Notes: generated from the letters alone by a model not told the origin. 64,000 bases of DNA from a virus (IMGVR_UViG_3300045988_125079:79838-143837); one strand, 5' to 3'; positions 42,294 through 53,718 are shown, numbered from the stretch's first letter. A program made the numbers and translations.

Positions 42294-42322
42294 ATTATAC
42301 GATATGACAGTCAATAAGTCAA
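42294..42322 (-). promoter_or_regulatory. consensus sigma70 promoter (TTGACT-17-TATAAT) reading leftward into the island
   Basis: On the minus strand, TTGACT is at 42322-42317 and TATAAT at 42299-42294. The -35 hexamer lies inside tape-measure exon 2. Confidence 0.7.
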
Positions 42323-45300
42323 TGATTGAGCTTGGAAATAGCCTTGACGGAACAATCAAAAATGCTGTTGACTCTGTAAAAAAATTAGAAGGCATTCCAA
42401 AGGCATACCAGAAATTCATGGTATCTGGAGATTTTGTCTGGGGAAATGGGCAAAAAGTTGATATATCTTCTTATGGAAATAGTTCAAAGGAACTTAACAA
42501 TTATATTGCTCAAGTTTCCACATTAAACAAAGAGCAACAAAAAGTCGTTTTCTCTATGACAAATTTCAGTGATGGGCAAAAAGAAATTATCACTAATACA
42601 TTGAATGAAATTTCAACAGGGGAAAAACTAAACGGCATCATCGCAGAGCAGGTGTTAAGAGAAAAAGGATTTGGCGAAGCTGCCGTAAAAGGATTGACTT
42701 CTATTTACAAACTAAGTGACGGAGCTGGAAATTATGGAGTTGCTCTCACTTCCAAAGTTATTCCTGCAATGGAAGGATGGATTAACAAGCATACAGAATT
42801 AATTGATGCGAATGAATTATTAAAAAACAACATCATTACTGGAACTGCGGGGAACTATAAATTTTCTGATTCTTTTATTCAACTTATTTCCAATGAACAA
42901 AATGCCGTTGTTGTAACCAAAGCACTTACCGCAACTCAAAAAGCGTGGAATATTGCAACACAATTTAGTAAACAACTTCTCCTCTCTCTTGGCGTAGCCG
43001 CTGTTGCCTTTATTGCAACCAAAATTGTCGATTATCTGATGAACCTAAAAACTCGTTCTGAAGAACTTGTTGATGCAATGAATGATTCTCACGATGCTGC
43101 ACAGCAAGCAACTAAGGATGTTGAAGAGATCCAGTCTAAAATTGACGAGCTGAACAAATCTCTGAAGGACGCGGGCGTTAAAAAGATTGAAGACATCGTT
43201 GATCCTGCCGAGCGCGAGCGTCTGCAAGCCATCAACGATATGTTGCAGGCTCAACTCGAACTCAAGAAGCAGCTGGAGAAGGATGCGAACGATAAAGCAA
43301 ATGCCGACACAAGTGCTGTTGTGAATGATAAGACAGAAGACAGTATTGTGAAATCCCGCACAGTAAATGTTTCTTATGCCGAGGGTGGTGCAAATGCTGG
43401 CACTCATCAGGTTGCAGAGAAAGTCTCTAAGACTGAATCTCTTGAAGAGCACGCTGCTGCACTTAACGACCTAATCGATAAACGGCGCGAACTAGCTACT
43501 GCTGGCAAAGAAGATACTCAAGAGTACAAAGACAATGAGGCTGCAATCGTGTCCGAAACCGAGAAGGTTGAAGAGCTCTCCTCTGCTGTGTCTGAGCAAA
43601 TGGACGGTTATGAGACAAATGCCGACAGTTTCGCTAGGTACAAAGATGAGTATGTTACAGGCACGAATGCAATGACTGCAGCCACTAAAGCTCTGGCGAA
43701 TGCACAAGATAATACAGGCATTGATACTACCAATCTTGATATATTCTCAGAAAAAGTAAAACAAATCAAGAATGATATCGACAATGGTGATTCTCAGCAA
43801 AGCGATTGGAAAACATTCAATGGGCTTGACGCATTTAGTGGAATGACTGGCGAGGCAATAATCAACATCGATAAAGACTCTTCTCATCAAACCGAGACCG
43901 AAACAGCTGCGCTTGAAAAACTCCATAAAACTGCAGACGAGAATAAAATATCATTTGAGTCTCTAATTGGTGTGTTTGAAAGTTTCGGTCTTGTGCAAAT
44001 TAGTAACTCTGCAACTGCTGACGATTACGCCGATAAACTCGAAAAAACAATGGGCGTCATCGACAATATTCAATCAGCATACAAAGCCTGTTCTAGTGCT
44101 GTTGAAGAATATAACCAGTATGGATACATGAGCGTTGACTCGTTGCAAGCTCTTTTGCAAATGGATGACCAGTATCTTAATACTCTTGAACTTGTTAATG
44201 GAAAGCTCCAAGTCAATCAAAGTGCGTATGCAGATTTATTGGCAACTCAATACGCAGAAGCTCAAACGGAAGCTATTTCTCAGGCGATATCAGAACTAAA
44301 TGCGATTGCAAAGGGAGACGCCGCAGAAAAAGCCGAGACATTTACTGAAGCAACTGAAGATGAAAAGAATAAGCTTACTGCTTTATGCCCCGCTTTGAAA
44401 GATGCTACTGTTGGAACAGGCGAACTTGCTGCCGCATTAGCCGCTGCACAGGGAGCAGCCAACGGGGAAGACGCTGACGCTATTCAAGCTAAAATTGACG
44501 GTGTTATGAACGCATTAAACACCAGATTAAAGCTTATTGGAAATAATATGTCTGCCGCAATGAATGGCGCTGCCGGTTTACGCAATCAGCTCGATGGCTT
44601 TAGCAATTCTTCGAACAAGGCTGCGGATTCTTCGAGAAAGGCAGCGGATTCTTCTAAAACACTTCTTGACGCATGGTCTACCCTTACCTCTGCGATGAAA
44701 GAATACAACGAGCAAGGTTATATCACTTTCCAAACCCTGAAGAGTTTGACCGACCTTGAAGATAAGTATTCTTCTATGCTCAAAAAGAATGACGTTACTG
44801 GTCAGCTTGAAATACGCACAGATGACTTTTATAAGTTAATGAAAGCCGAGCTGAAAGAAGCGCAGATAAAAGGTGACGGTGCAAGTGAAGCACAGTACAA
44901 TAAGATTCTTGAGTGGACAAACCGTAACATCAAAAATCAGATCATGTCCTACTGGGATCTGGTCGCTGCAATTGAAGGTTACACTGCTGCTCTCTCAGGT
45001 GCTAAAGAAATCACTGACACATTCAAAGATGCATGGGATAATGGCAAAACTGTCAAGGAAAAGCAAGAAAAGAGTCGTGCCGGCGCACTTGATTATGAAG
45101 GTACTGAAGCACAATCCTCTGCTCTGCAAGCCCTGATGAAGTACAGCGAATATGACCCTGAATTGATTGGCAAGGCGTTCAATAAGGAAACTGGCAAAAT
45201 TGATTTGAGCGGAGACATGCTGAAAACCGCCGTTACAGAATCGCTAAAGCAGCAGGCTGCCGCAGCTCGTACTGAAGGTGGAGCAGCTGCTGAAGCTATT

Positions 45301-47418
45301 GCTGCAAGCTATGAGAAGTCTGCCGAGAATATTGAGAATGACGTCATTTCCGTACAGGATTATTTTGACGGTCTTGGCTCTACGATCGAAGAAGCCAACT
45401 CGAAGATTGATGAGCTGCAGAGCGCGTACACAGATCTCGAAGATACTGCCAGCGAATATAATACTTATGGCGGCTTAAGCGTTGATAGTTTGCAAAAGTT
45501 GCTTACAATGTCTCCTGAGTATCTTGCATGTCTCGAAATGAATGGCGATCAACTTGTTTTCAACCGTGACAAAATGCAAGAACTTTTGATTCTCCAGCTT
45601 GAGAGTAGAAAAGAATTCTTGACATCTAAGAAAGAAACAGAAGATCAGGCTCAGATTATCCAGGCCATTATAGATTCTATTCGAACTAATGGTGTCAATG
45701 CTATTAAAGGAATGGGCACAGAAGCCGGACGAGTAAAATCAATCCTTTCAGATATGAAAGACATCTTCTCTTCCTTTCTTGATCTGATTGAAAGTGCAAA
45801 CTCGAAAAAGGATAACGACCTCAAACTTTGGGGCGAGGCCATGACCGAGGATATAGATAAGCGAATCGATGCCCTAAACAAGCAGAAAGAAGCTCTTCAA
45901 GAAGCCAATGACGAAGAGGAACGCGCGATTACCCTGGCTAAGCTAAAGGCCGAACTTGAAAAGGCTCGCACTCAGCGTACTGTTCGCAAGTTGACCAGCA
46001 ATGGCTATGAGTGGGTTGCTGACGAATCCGCAGTCAAGGAAGCTCAGGATAATCTGAATGACCAACAACGTGAGTGGCGCAAGGAAGATGCCGAGAAAGC
46101 TATTGATGACCAGATTGATAAACTGAACGAACTGAAAGATAAGTATAGCGAGATTATCGGTCTAATTGGAACTGACTGGGATGACTATAATAAAAAGCTG
46201 AAATATGCATCCGAAATCGCCGATATGACTTTCACAGAAATGGAAGGTCGTGTCGATGTTTTTAAGGGCAATGTTTTAGCTTCTATGCAAGCCGCCAATC
46301 CAATTTCTACTATTAAGAAGATTATTAGTGGACTTGAGTCTCTAATTAGTACGCTTGAAAAAGTCGGAAATGTCTTAGATAAGCTGGATGGCGGTAGTGG
46401 CAACGGCGGAATTACCACTTTATGGAATAAAATCACCAACTTGTTTAATGGAAAGAACACGAACAATACGCAGACCGCTTTTGGTAATTTCTGGAATAGC
46501 CTTAGTCAGGTTGGCAGAAATGGCGTAAATAAACTTCAAGAAGTAATTTTTGGTGGTTGGAATAAAATAACATCAGGAACCAGTGGTTTTCTTTCTAATG
46601 TAGGAAACTTCTTTGGTGGAGCGTAGAATAAAATTTCAACTTCGACCAGTTTACTGTTTGGCGATATTGGATCATTCTTTTCTCAGGGTTTTAGTTCATT
46701 AGTTGGGCTTGCACAAAACGGATTAGGAAGCGTTGTATCTGTTGTTGGTAGCCTCTTTACTCCGATTGCAAATGGAGCTATGTCTATTGGCAGTGCAATA
46801 AGCTCTGGCATTGTATCGTTCTTCCCTTCGATTTTTATGGCGCTTGGAACATTGGTTTCTACTGTTGGTGCTGCAATGAGTGGCATGTTAATGCAAATTG
46901 CTACCGCATTAGCTTCAATCCCGGTTGTAGGATGGATAGCAGCAGCAGTTGCAGTTGCAGGCGCTGTTGCTCTAATTGCGTCCATCGCTGCTACTGCATC
47001 AAAGACTAGTAAAACAACAGTAGATCAACCGAAGCCTTCATTCAAAGCAAAAAAATATGCGAAGGGCTCAAAAACAATTGATAAGGATCAGTTGGCTAAT
47101 GTCGATGAACAAGGTTCTGAGCTTGTTGTTCGTCAACCAGAATCTGGTCGTTATACATATTTAGAAACTGGTGATGGTGTTGTTCCGGCAGACATAACAT
47201 CTCGGTTGTTTGAAATGGGAGGAAATCCCGACGAATGGTTCAATAAACAACTCGCAAAGCACGTTGCGTTAAGTAATGTTCAGAATCATACCGTTGGAGG
47301 AGCAGTCTCTGTTGGAGATATTTATATTCAAAATCCTGTTGGAAATACAAATGAACTCGCAAAAGAGATTGTTTTAAAACTGCCAAATGCCTTGCTGCAA
47401 TATCAAAGCAAGCGATGA
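42307..47418 (+). CDS. tape measure protein, exon 2 (1703 aa, in-frame TAG at 46624)
   Basis: No SD precedes the ATG at 42304. Coiled-coil rich. Track ORFs 42304..46626 and 46780..47418 are joined in frame by the TAG. Gly/Ala-rich hydrophobic segment and a typical tape-measure C-terminus. Confidence 0.75.
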
Positions 47419-47436
47419 GTAACGGAGGTGTTATTT

Positions 47437-47691
47437 ATGACTGAAGTTGAACGTGCAGTGGAGACTCTTACAAAATCGATTATTCAAGGAGCAAAACATG
47501 AAGTAAATAATGCTTCTTATGACGTAACATCGTTTGGTGTTATAAAAAGCAAAGTAAATAATGGTTATGTAGTTACATTGTTTGGATCTGATTATACAGT
47601 AAGGTCTTCACAGGACTTCCAGCCGTGTGAAAGAGTGGCTGTTACCGCTCCGCAAGGGAACTATAATAATTTACTACTCCACAAAATATAA
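47437..47691 (+). CDS. small tail protein (84 aa)
   Basis: ATG after ACGGAGG. Confidence 0.5.
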   Translation: MTEVERAVETLTKSIIQGAKHEVNNASYDVTSFGVIKSKVNNGYVVTLFGSDYTVRSSQDFQPCERVAVTAPQGNYNNLLLHKI

Positions 47692-47757
47692 TCGATCTAT
47701 ACAGGTAGTTCCGTAATTGCGGATAACCCTGTATTTTACTTAGGAGGTGAATACCTA

Positions 47758-48891
47758 TTGGCTAAACCAGTTTTATCCTCGATTGATATTTTTGATGCGT
47801 CAATTGGCGGAAGAGTTAATTTTCAGATTTATACAAGTAATACTGAAATTAAGAGTTACGAATATGAGATTTATAGTGGAAGTAATTTTATCCTTTCACA
47901 TTCTGGAGAATCATCCGATCTATCTTATAATTCAAACACGGGATATAGTTTTGCAATTATCCCAAACGAAAAATTAAAGAATCAATCTTCAAACTATTCT
48001 ATTAGAGTTAGGGTAAAACTATCAAGCGAAGATACGTTTGGAACATATAGTTCTCTAATGACGTTTTATTGTAAGAGCAGGCCAGTTTTATCTTTTAACG
48101 GTCTTACTCCTACAGGAGAGAATACTTTTGAAACTTCTTCTATTATTTTCGAATTAAAATATTCTTATGCTTCATCCGAAAATGAATTGCTCAAAAATTA
48201 TAAATACCAATTATATAACGCAGACAAAATTCTACTTGATGAATCAGATACGTATTATGGATCAATATCCAATTCGTTTTCTGCATATAATTTAGAAAAC
48301 GGAAACAAGTATTTTATTAGAGGTATTGGGGAAACCAGAAATGGTTATAAACTGGATACTGGATTTTATTTGGTGAAAATTGGATACTCTGGGAGAGATA
48401 ACACATTCGCTTTAAATGCAACAAATAATAAAGATAACGGTTGCATTGATATCACGAGTCATTTTATTTCAGTCACAGGTGTACCTAATGGAGAATTTTC
48501 TTACGTACAATCAGATGATGGAAATTATTATATTGACTTGACAAATAGGACATCAGTTACGTACTCAATTCCATCAACTTATAAAGAATTACATGATTTT
48601 GATATTAAATTATTCACAAAATCCAGTTCCCCTAATGAGTTGGCAACGCTAGTGTGGCAAAACGATTCATACAACGTGGTTGGGAAAATTAAATTAAATA
48701 CTAGAAAATTTACTGATCGCGACTCAGATTCAAACTTAACATACGCTATCTTCCAGTTGTTTGTTAACGAAAAGCAATATTTGATCATTCAAAGCAACTA
48801 TTTAGAAAATCATGATAGTTCTAAGGTGGTGCTTATTGATCTTGCGTTACGTGATAAGTTGTTTGACATTCACATAAATTCAATCAATTAA
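47758..48891 (+). CDS. distal tail protein candidate (377 aa)
   Basis: TTG start after AGGAGGTG. First large gene after the tape measure. Confidence 0.5.
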   Translation: MAKPVLSSIDIFDASIGGRVNFQIYTSNTEIKSYEYEIYSGSNFILSHSGESSDLSYNSNTGYSFAIIPNEKLKNQSSNYSIRVRVKLSSEDTFGTYSSLMTFYCKSRPVLSFNGLTPTGENTFETSSIIFELKYSYASSENELLKNYKYQLYNADKILLDESDTYYGSISNSFSAYNLENGNKYFIRGIGETRNGYKLDTGFYLVKIGYSGRDNTFALNATNNKDNGCIDITSHFISVTGVPNGEFSYVQSDDGNYYIDLTNRTSVTYSIPSTYKELHDFDIKLFTKSSSPNELATLVWQNDSYNVVGKIKLNTRKFTDRDSDSNLTYAIFQLFVNEKQYLIIQSNYLENHDSSKVVLIDLALRDKLFDIHINSIN

Positions 48892-48912
48892 ATATTACGA
48901 AAGGAGTGTATT

Positions 48913-51240
48913 ATGTTTCTTGGATGTGATATTTTAAACGATTCCACTTCTTTCAATTACAAGGGTTTTAATTCAAAATTATTGTCCTTTTCTGTTAAAA
49001 ATGCAATTTTTGACAAGGTTTACCTATCTTCTAATTGTAACGATTATAAGAAGACAGACATTGAATGGAATTCAGATGTATTGGTTTTGGCTACTTTCGA
49101 TTCTAAAAACTTGGAAGGTGGAAATATTGGAGATTTAGGCCCAAAACTACAGTCGATGCAGTTGAAACGTCGTGAAGTTGGAAGCTCGAAGTGGACTTCT
49201 TTAGCGGGATATCTCATAACAGACTTAGATAATTTAAATTTTGCTTTTGCAGATTACTTTGCAAGAGGTAGAGATACAAAATATGAGTATTCTGTTACAT
49301 ACGTTTTAAAAGACGGAACTGAACTTCCGTATATTTCAGCATCTGCTGTTAGTGATTTTTACGGAGCCGTAATTTCCGATGGAGTAATTTCTTATCATAT
49401 ATTTCTCGATCCTAAAATCACTTCTGTTACAAGAAATCGCGAATCTAATGTTGTTACGACATTAAATAGTAGATATCCGTATGTGTTTTTTGGAAGCGAA
49501 GCAAACTATGATTCTGGAACATTTTCCGGAACCATTATAAAGCGTATTGGTTATGATAATTGGGACATTGCTAATTCATATCAATATAGAGAAGATTATG
49601 TTGATTGGTTAACCAATGGACAGGCAAAAATTTTAAAGATCGAAGATGGTAGAGAATGGTTGATGACCGTTAGTGATGAGGTTACTATTGACAACGAAGA
49701 TCATCCTGACAAGGTAAACATTGGTTTTAAATTTATCCAAACCGGAGATTACAATAGCACTGATGATCTCGCTGATAGCGGCTTAACTTCTTTTGACGAG
49801 CAACAATATGGAGTTTATTATAGTGTGACTTACAACCTAACAAACACTTCTTCCACAAATAATATTGTTGCAGTTAAGAGCAATTCTTCTTTTTCAACTA
49901 CCATCTCTGCATTTTTTGGATATGCTATTGCTGATGTTTCTGTAGTCGTGAACAATACTGTTGTTACGAACAATGTGTATAATGACGCAACTGGAGAAAT
50001 TAGCATTCCAAATGTTTCTGGCGATATAATCATTTCAGCATCTGCGATTAGAATCAAAGCAAGTAAAATTGCATTAAACTACACACATTTATACTTAAAA
50101 AAGGGAACCAGAAAAGAATTCAAATTATATTACTTGCCTGAAAATATAAAACTCAGCAAAGTATCATGGACATCCTCTAACACAAATATTGTTATCGTTG
50201 TTGATGGTAAAGTACAGGCAATATCTGAAGGTTCTACGTTTATCACAGCAACAGTAGATAATATTTCCGTCAGATGTCCAATTGATGTTATTTCTGTAGA
50301 TTCCGGCGTTCGTTTGGATGATCTTTCTGAAGGAACAGTGGTAGGCTTTACTGAAGAGGGGCAAATCGCAGAATTTTATATTGCAAAACATAATTACGAA
50401 GAGAGTCTTAACTATACAGGAAATATGCTTTTAGTTAGAAAAGACGTATATTCAGAAACTGTAGAGTTTGATAAAAATAAGAGCATTGAATATTCGTCAA
50501 GTACAATTGATAAATGGTGCTCTGACTATAAAACAAAGCTAGACAATTCCGTTTCAAGTAAAATCACACCAACGTCATTTTATTATACACCTAAAAACAA
50601 TTACAATTCAACAGATCAAAACTATAAGCCCGATCAAATTGCAACTTTAACAAGAGATGTTTTTATATTGTCGGTTACTGAACTAGGTGTAAAAAATTGG
50701 ACTGGCTCTTGTAATGTGGAAGGCTCTTTATTGCCAATTGCCAGCAAGATAGCAGATGCACCTGACGTAGGTCTTTGGGGAGAAGATTATGGCGAGCAGC
50801 TAACTCGCTCTCGTATAGTTAATCAAGGAGTTTTTGGACTTGGTGAAAATTATAAAGATAGATATATTGCAGTTTCAAAAATAAATAAAAACACAAAAGA
50901 TACCTATGTCGAGCCGATTCTTCCAACGGGTAAACTCTATTTCCGTCCAGCATTTGCATTGCCCTGCTCGTTTAGAATAAGCTCAGAGAATTTTATCGGA
51001 GTAAAAAATATAACAGCTACTTCAATTGGGTATGCATTGGCGATTGGTGAAAGTAAAAAGATTACATATACACTTTCTCCTGCGGATGTAACGTATCCGA
51101 TTCTAAACTTTCAGACATCAAATCCTTTTGTAGCGACAGTTGACAAAGATGGTATGGTTACTGGAATTGGAGTCGGAGAATGTTTTATTACTATAACTCT
51201 TGATGACGCAAGTACAACATGCTCTGTTAAGGTTGTTTAA
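48913..51240 (+). CDS. tail/baseplate protein with two Big_2-like Ig domains (775 aa)
   Basis: AAGGAG SD. Segments ...KIALNYTHLYLKKGTRKEFKLYYLP...VSWTSSN...ISEGSTFITAT... and ...ITYTLSPADV...FQTSNPFVATVDKDGMVTGIGVGECFITI... match the bacterial Ig-like group 2 pattern. Confidence 0.6.
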   Translation: MFLGCDILNDSTSFNYKGFNSKLLSFSVKNAIFDKVYLSSNCNDYKKTDIEWNSDVLVLATFDSKNLEGGNIGDLGPKLQSMQLKRREVGSSKWTSLAGYLITDLDNLNFAFADYFARGRDTKYEYSVTYVLKDGTELPYISASAVSDFYGAVISDGVISYHIFLDPKITSVTRNRESNVVTTLNSRYPYVFFGSEANYDSGTFSGTIIKRIGYDNWDIANSYQYREDYVDWLTNGQAKILKIEDGREWLMTVSDEVTIDNEDHPDKVNIGFKFIQTGDYNSTDDLADSGLTSFDEQQYGVYYSVTYNLTNTSSTNNIVAVKSNSSFSTTISAFFGYAIADVSVVVNNTVVTNNVYNDATGEISIPNVSGDIIISASAIRIKASKIALNYTHLYLKKGTRKEFKLYYLPENIKLSKVSWTSSNTNIVIVVDGKVQAISEGSTFITATVDNISVRCPIDVISVDSGVRLDDLSEGTVVGFTEEGQIAEFYIAKHNYEESLNYTGNMLLVRKDVYSETVEFDKNKSIEYSSSTIDKWCSDYKTKLDNSVSSKITPTSFYYTPKNNYNSTDQNYKPDQIATLTRDVFILSVTELGVKNWTGSCNVEGSLLPIASKIADAPDVGLWGEDYGEQLTRSRIVNQGVFGLGENYKDRYIAVSKINKNTKDTYVEPILPTGKLYFRPAFALPCSFRISSENFIGVKNITATSIGYALAIGESKKITYTLSPADVTYPILNFQTSNPFVATVDKDGMVTGIGVGECFITITLDDASTTCSVKVV

Positions 51241-51248
51241 AATGGGAG

Positions 51249-52874
51249 GTGATGTTTTTGTATACTCCTACTTCAAAAGAATTGCGCCTCTTAAAAACAC
51301 ATACCAAAGAATTGCACTGCAAGTTAGAGTTGTTAGATAAAAATTTAAACGTGATCGATTCTCTTGAGGGTATTGCCATTGATGGTTCATTATCTATAGA
51401 TGCAAACTCTGACATCAGAAGAACTTTTTCAGGTACTATTCATTTAAATCCAAGAAAAAGAATAAGCAGATATGAGATCAACGAATAGACGGATAAGATG
51501 GTACGAGTATATATAGGCATGAGTGTAAATAAAGCAAATATTTATTGGTATCCTCAAGGCGTATTTGCTTTTAGTCAAAATGGATTTACGTATAGTTCTT
51601 CTGAGCATACTGTTTCTATTTCGTGTGTAGATCTCGTTGCGTTACTTGATGGAACTCTCGGAGGAACACTTACTGGTTACAAGACAACAATAAGTATTGG
51701 TACAAACATTCGTTCTGCGATTGAGGATACTTATAAATTAAGTGGTATGACTGATTGTTCTATTGACTATTAGAATCGTAAAGTTCCAAACGATATTGAT
51801 TTTCAAACGGGAACAACGATTTGGTCTATTCTAACACAGTTGCGCGATTTGTATTATCCATTTGAGATGTTTTTTAACAACACTACTTTTGTATGTCAAG
51901 AAATTCCGTCTGGTTTTGATGACCCTATCGCTCTAAAAAACGATACTTTCCAAGATCTTGTTATTTCAGAAGATTGTACAATAGATTATAGCGAAGTAAA
52001 GAATTGTGTTGAATTGTTTGGCGCGAGTATTGAGTACGATCAATTTGTCTCAGATGATAAAATGGAAACTTCAAACGAAGAGGATACGACTAACATTACA
52101 CTTAATACTGTAGACCTTGAAACAAATAATGACGTGCTAATTGCATTCACAACTCCCCTCCCTGGTCTAACCAAGCGTATCAATATTACGATTGTCAATT
52201 CAATGACCGAGACTGATGATGACAACAACACAAGTGTAAAGAAATATTGGCATGGTCCTTATACTTTATATGAAAGTGACGTTGACGAAAATGGACTTGA
52301 TGTTGCTATTGATGGAACTACTATTCCATGTGATACGATGGTAGTTGTAAAATATAGTCCATCGAATAAAGCTTTCTATTATCGTGGAGAACAACAAATT
52401 CATACCATGGTGAAGCTTGTAGATAAATATCCTACCGATGATGAAATCGAGCTGGATAAAAAAGAGGAATCTTGCAATTATATTAAATATATTTGTTTAA
52501 CAAATTCCGAATCTAAATCTTTAACTGATGTAGATTCATATTTTACCATCGATAAAATCGGAAGACGAAATCTTGTTTGTTCTGGAAGTGATTATGAAAT
52601 TTACAATACCAGCGCTTCAGCATTACAATGCACAGAGTATGAGCATTAGAAAGCTTGTCGTTTAACTGATAGTGTAAGTGTCGAATGTCTCCTTGTTCCA
52701 TGGCTGGATGTTAATCAAAAGATATCTTATATTCCCAAATATATAAATTCAAATGATGAAGAACTGGAATTCATCATAAAACAAATTAATATTTCTTTGG
52801 GTTCAGGAACGATGAGTTTAACACTAAGCAGGTATTATCCGTATTATCCATATATTGTCGAAAATAAATATTAA
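51249..52874 (+). CDS. tail-associated/baseplate hub-like structural protein (in-frame TAGs at 51486, 51771, 52647)
   Basis: Four same-frame pieces are joined only by TAG. The start is ambiguous (GTG 51249, ATG 51252, TTG 51258) after GGGAGG. Confidence 0.6.
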
Positions 52875-52908
52875 ATACTTTCGTCTATAACAATAGGAGG
52901 TGACTTCA

Positions 52909-53700
52909 TTGAGTTACGAAAAAAATCCAGATGGTACATATGTAGATTTGGAATTCACATCATTTCCCGCTCAAATAGATAGTTAGCAAAACAGCGAAAA
53001 TGTAAGCTCAGAGTTGCTATCGGATGTAAACGATTATAAAAAAGCAATTCAAAATGGAAATTATGCGCTTGCACAAAGTATTTTAGAAGCGAACCCAAAG
53101 ATCAAGAACACAATTATCGATGCAACCGATATCAATGAGCTGAAACATAGCACAATGGCACTGGAACGAATGTTCAAAGAAGACATTGAATTGTATATTG
53201 AGAGTTTTACAAACAAAGCAAGTGATTTTTCAGCAAAAGCTGCAACGTCTGCTAATAATGCGGCATTATCGGAAAGCAATTCAAAAGAAATTCAAAAAGA
53301 TCTCACAGCTCGATATGATAATATTCAGGCTACTCTTGATACTGCTAATCAGCTTTCTACTGAAGCAAAAGATAGCGCAAAAAGGGCTGAAGCATCCGTA
53401 AAATACGTCCAGCAGTATGTTGGTGGTTATTATAATTCGTACACTTTTGAGATTTCACCTGAAAATTAGGGAACATCTTCTTTTGAAAGTTTTAAGTATC
53501 AGTACGTAGCTTCTTGTGATGCCGCTACAGAAGATAGAATTCCGATGGCGTCAGTTTATCCCGAAAATATGGATGTTGCTACAGCGGCTGGCGTATGTCG
53601 TACATGTCTAACTGGTGATAAAACTATTACTTTCTATTCCAAAGAAATTCCAGCTAATACAATTAAGATTCAAGTGACGTTGTTTAGCAAAACAGCTTAA
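52909..53700 (+). CDS. baseplate upper/fibre-anchor-like protein (263 aa, in-frame TAGs at 52984 and 53467)
   Basis: TTG start after AGGAGGTG. Three same-frame pieces. The C-terminal ..ISPEN-TAG-GTSSFESFKYQYV.. resembles a conserved fibre domain. Confidence 0.55.
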
Positions 53701-53718
53701 TAAGGAAGGAGTGAGCAA

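Larger units (their letters stand above)
38496..42306 (+). mobile_element. group I intron-like element carrying a 6-ORF cargo island (3811 nt)
   Basis: P1 is CUGGGU(38490-38495)/GCCCAG(38525-38530) with a U-G wobble at the splice site. The contiguous P10 is GAUUGU(38519-38524)/ACAGUC(42307-42312). Nt 42306 is G. A Q-like AAUCCGCAGG lies at 38678-38687 and an R-like CUUCAGAGAGCAUAAUGUCGGGG at 38736-38758. A 3'-terminal hairpin lies at 42259-42303. Both exon ends are on codon boundaries in matching frames. Confidence 0.6.

Noticed and set aside
42304-42306. ATG at 42304 as an independent start of a second tape-measure gene.
   Set aside because: No purine-rich SD precedes it and an in-frame TGA lies 15 nt upstream. 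This remains the fallback model if splicing is not confirmed.
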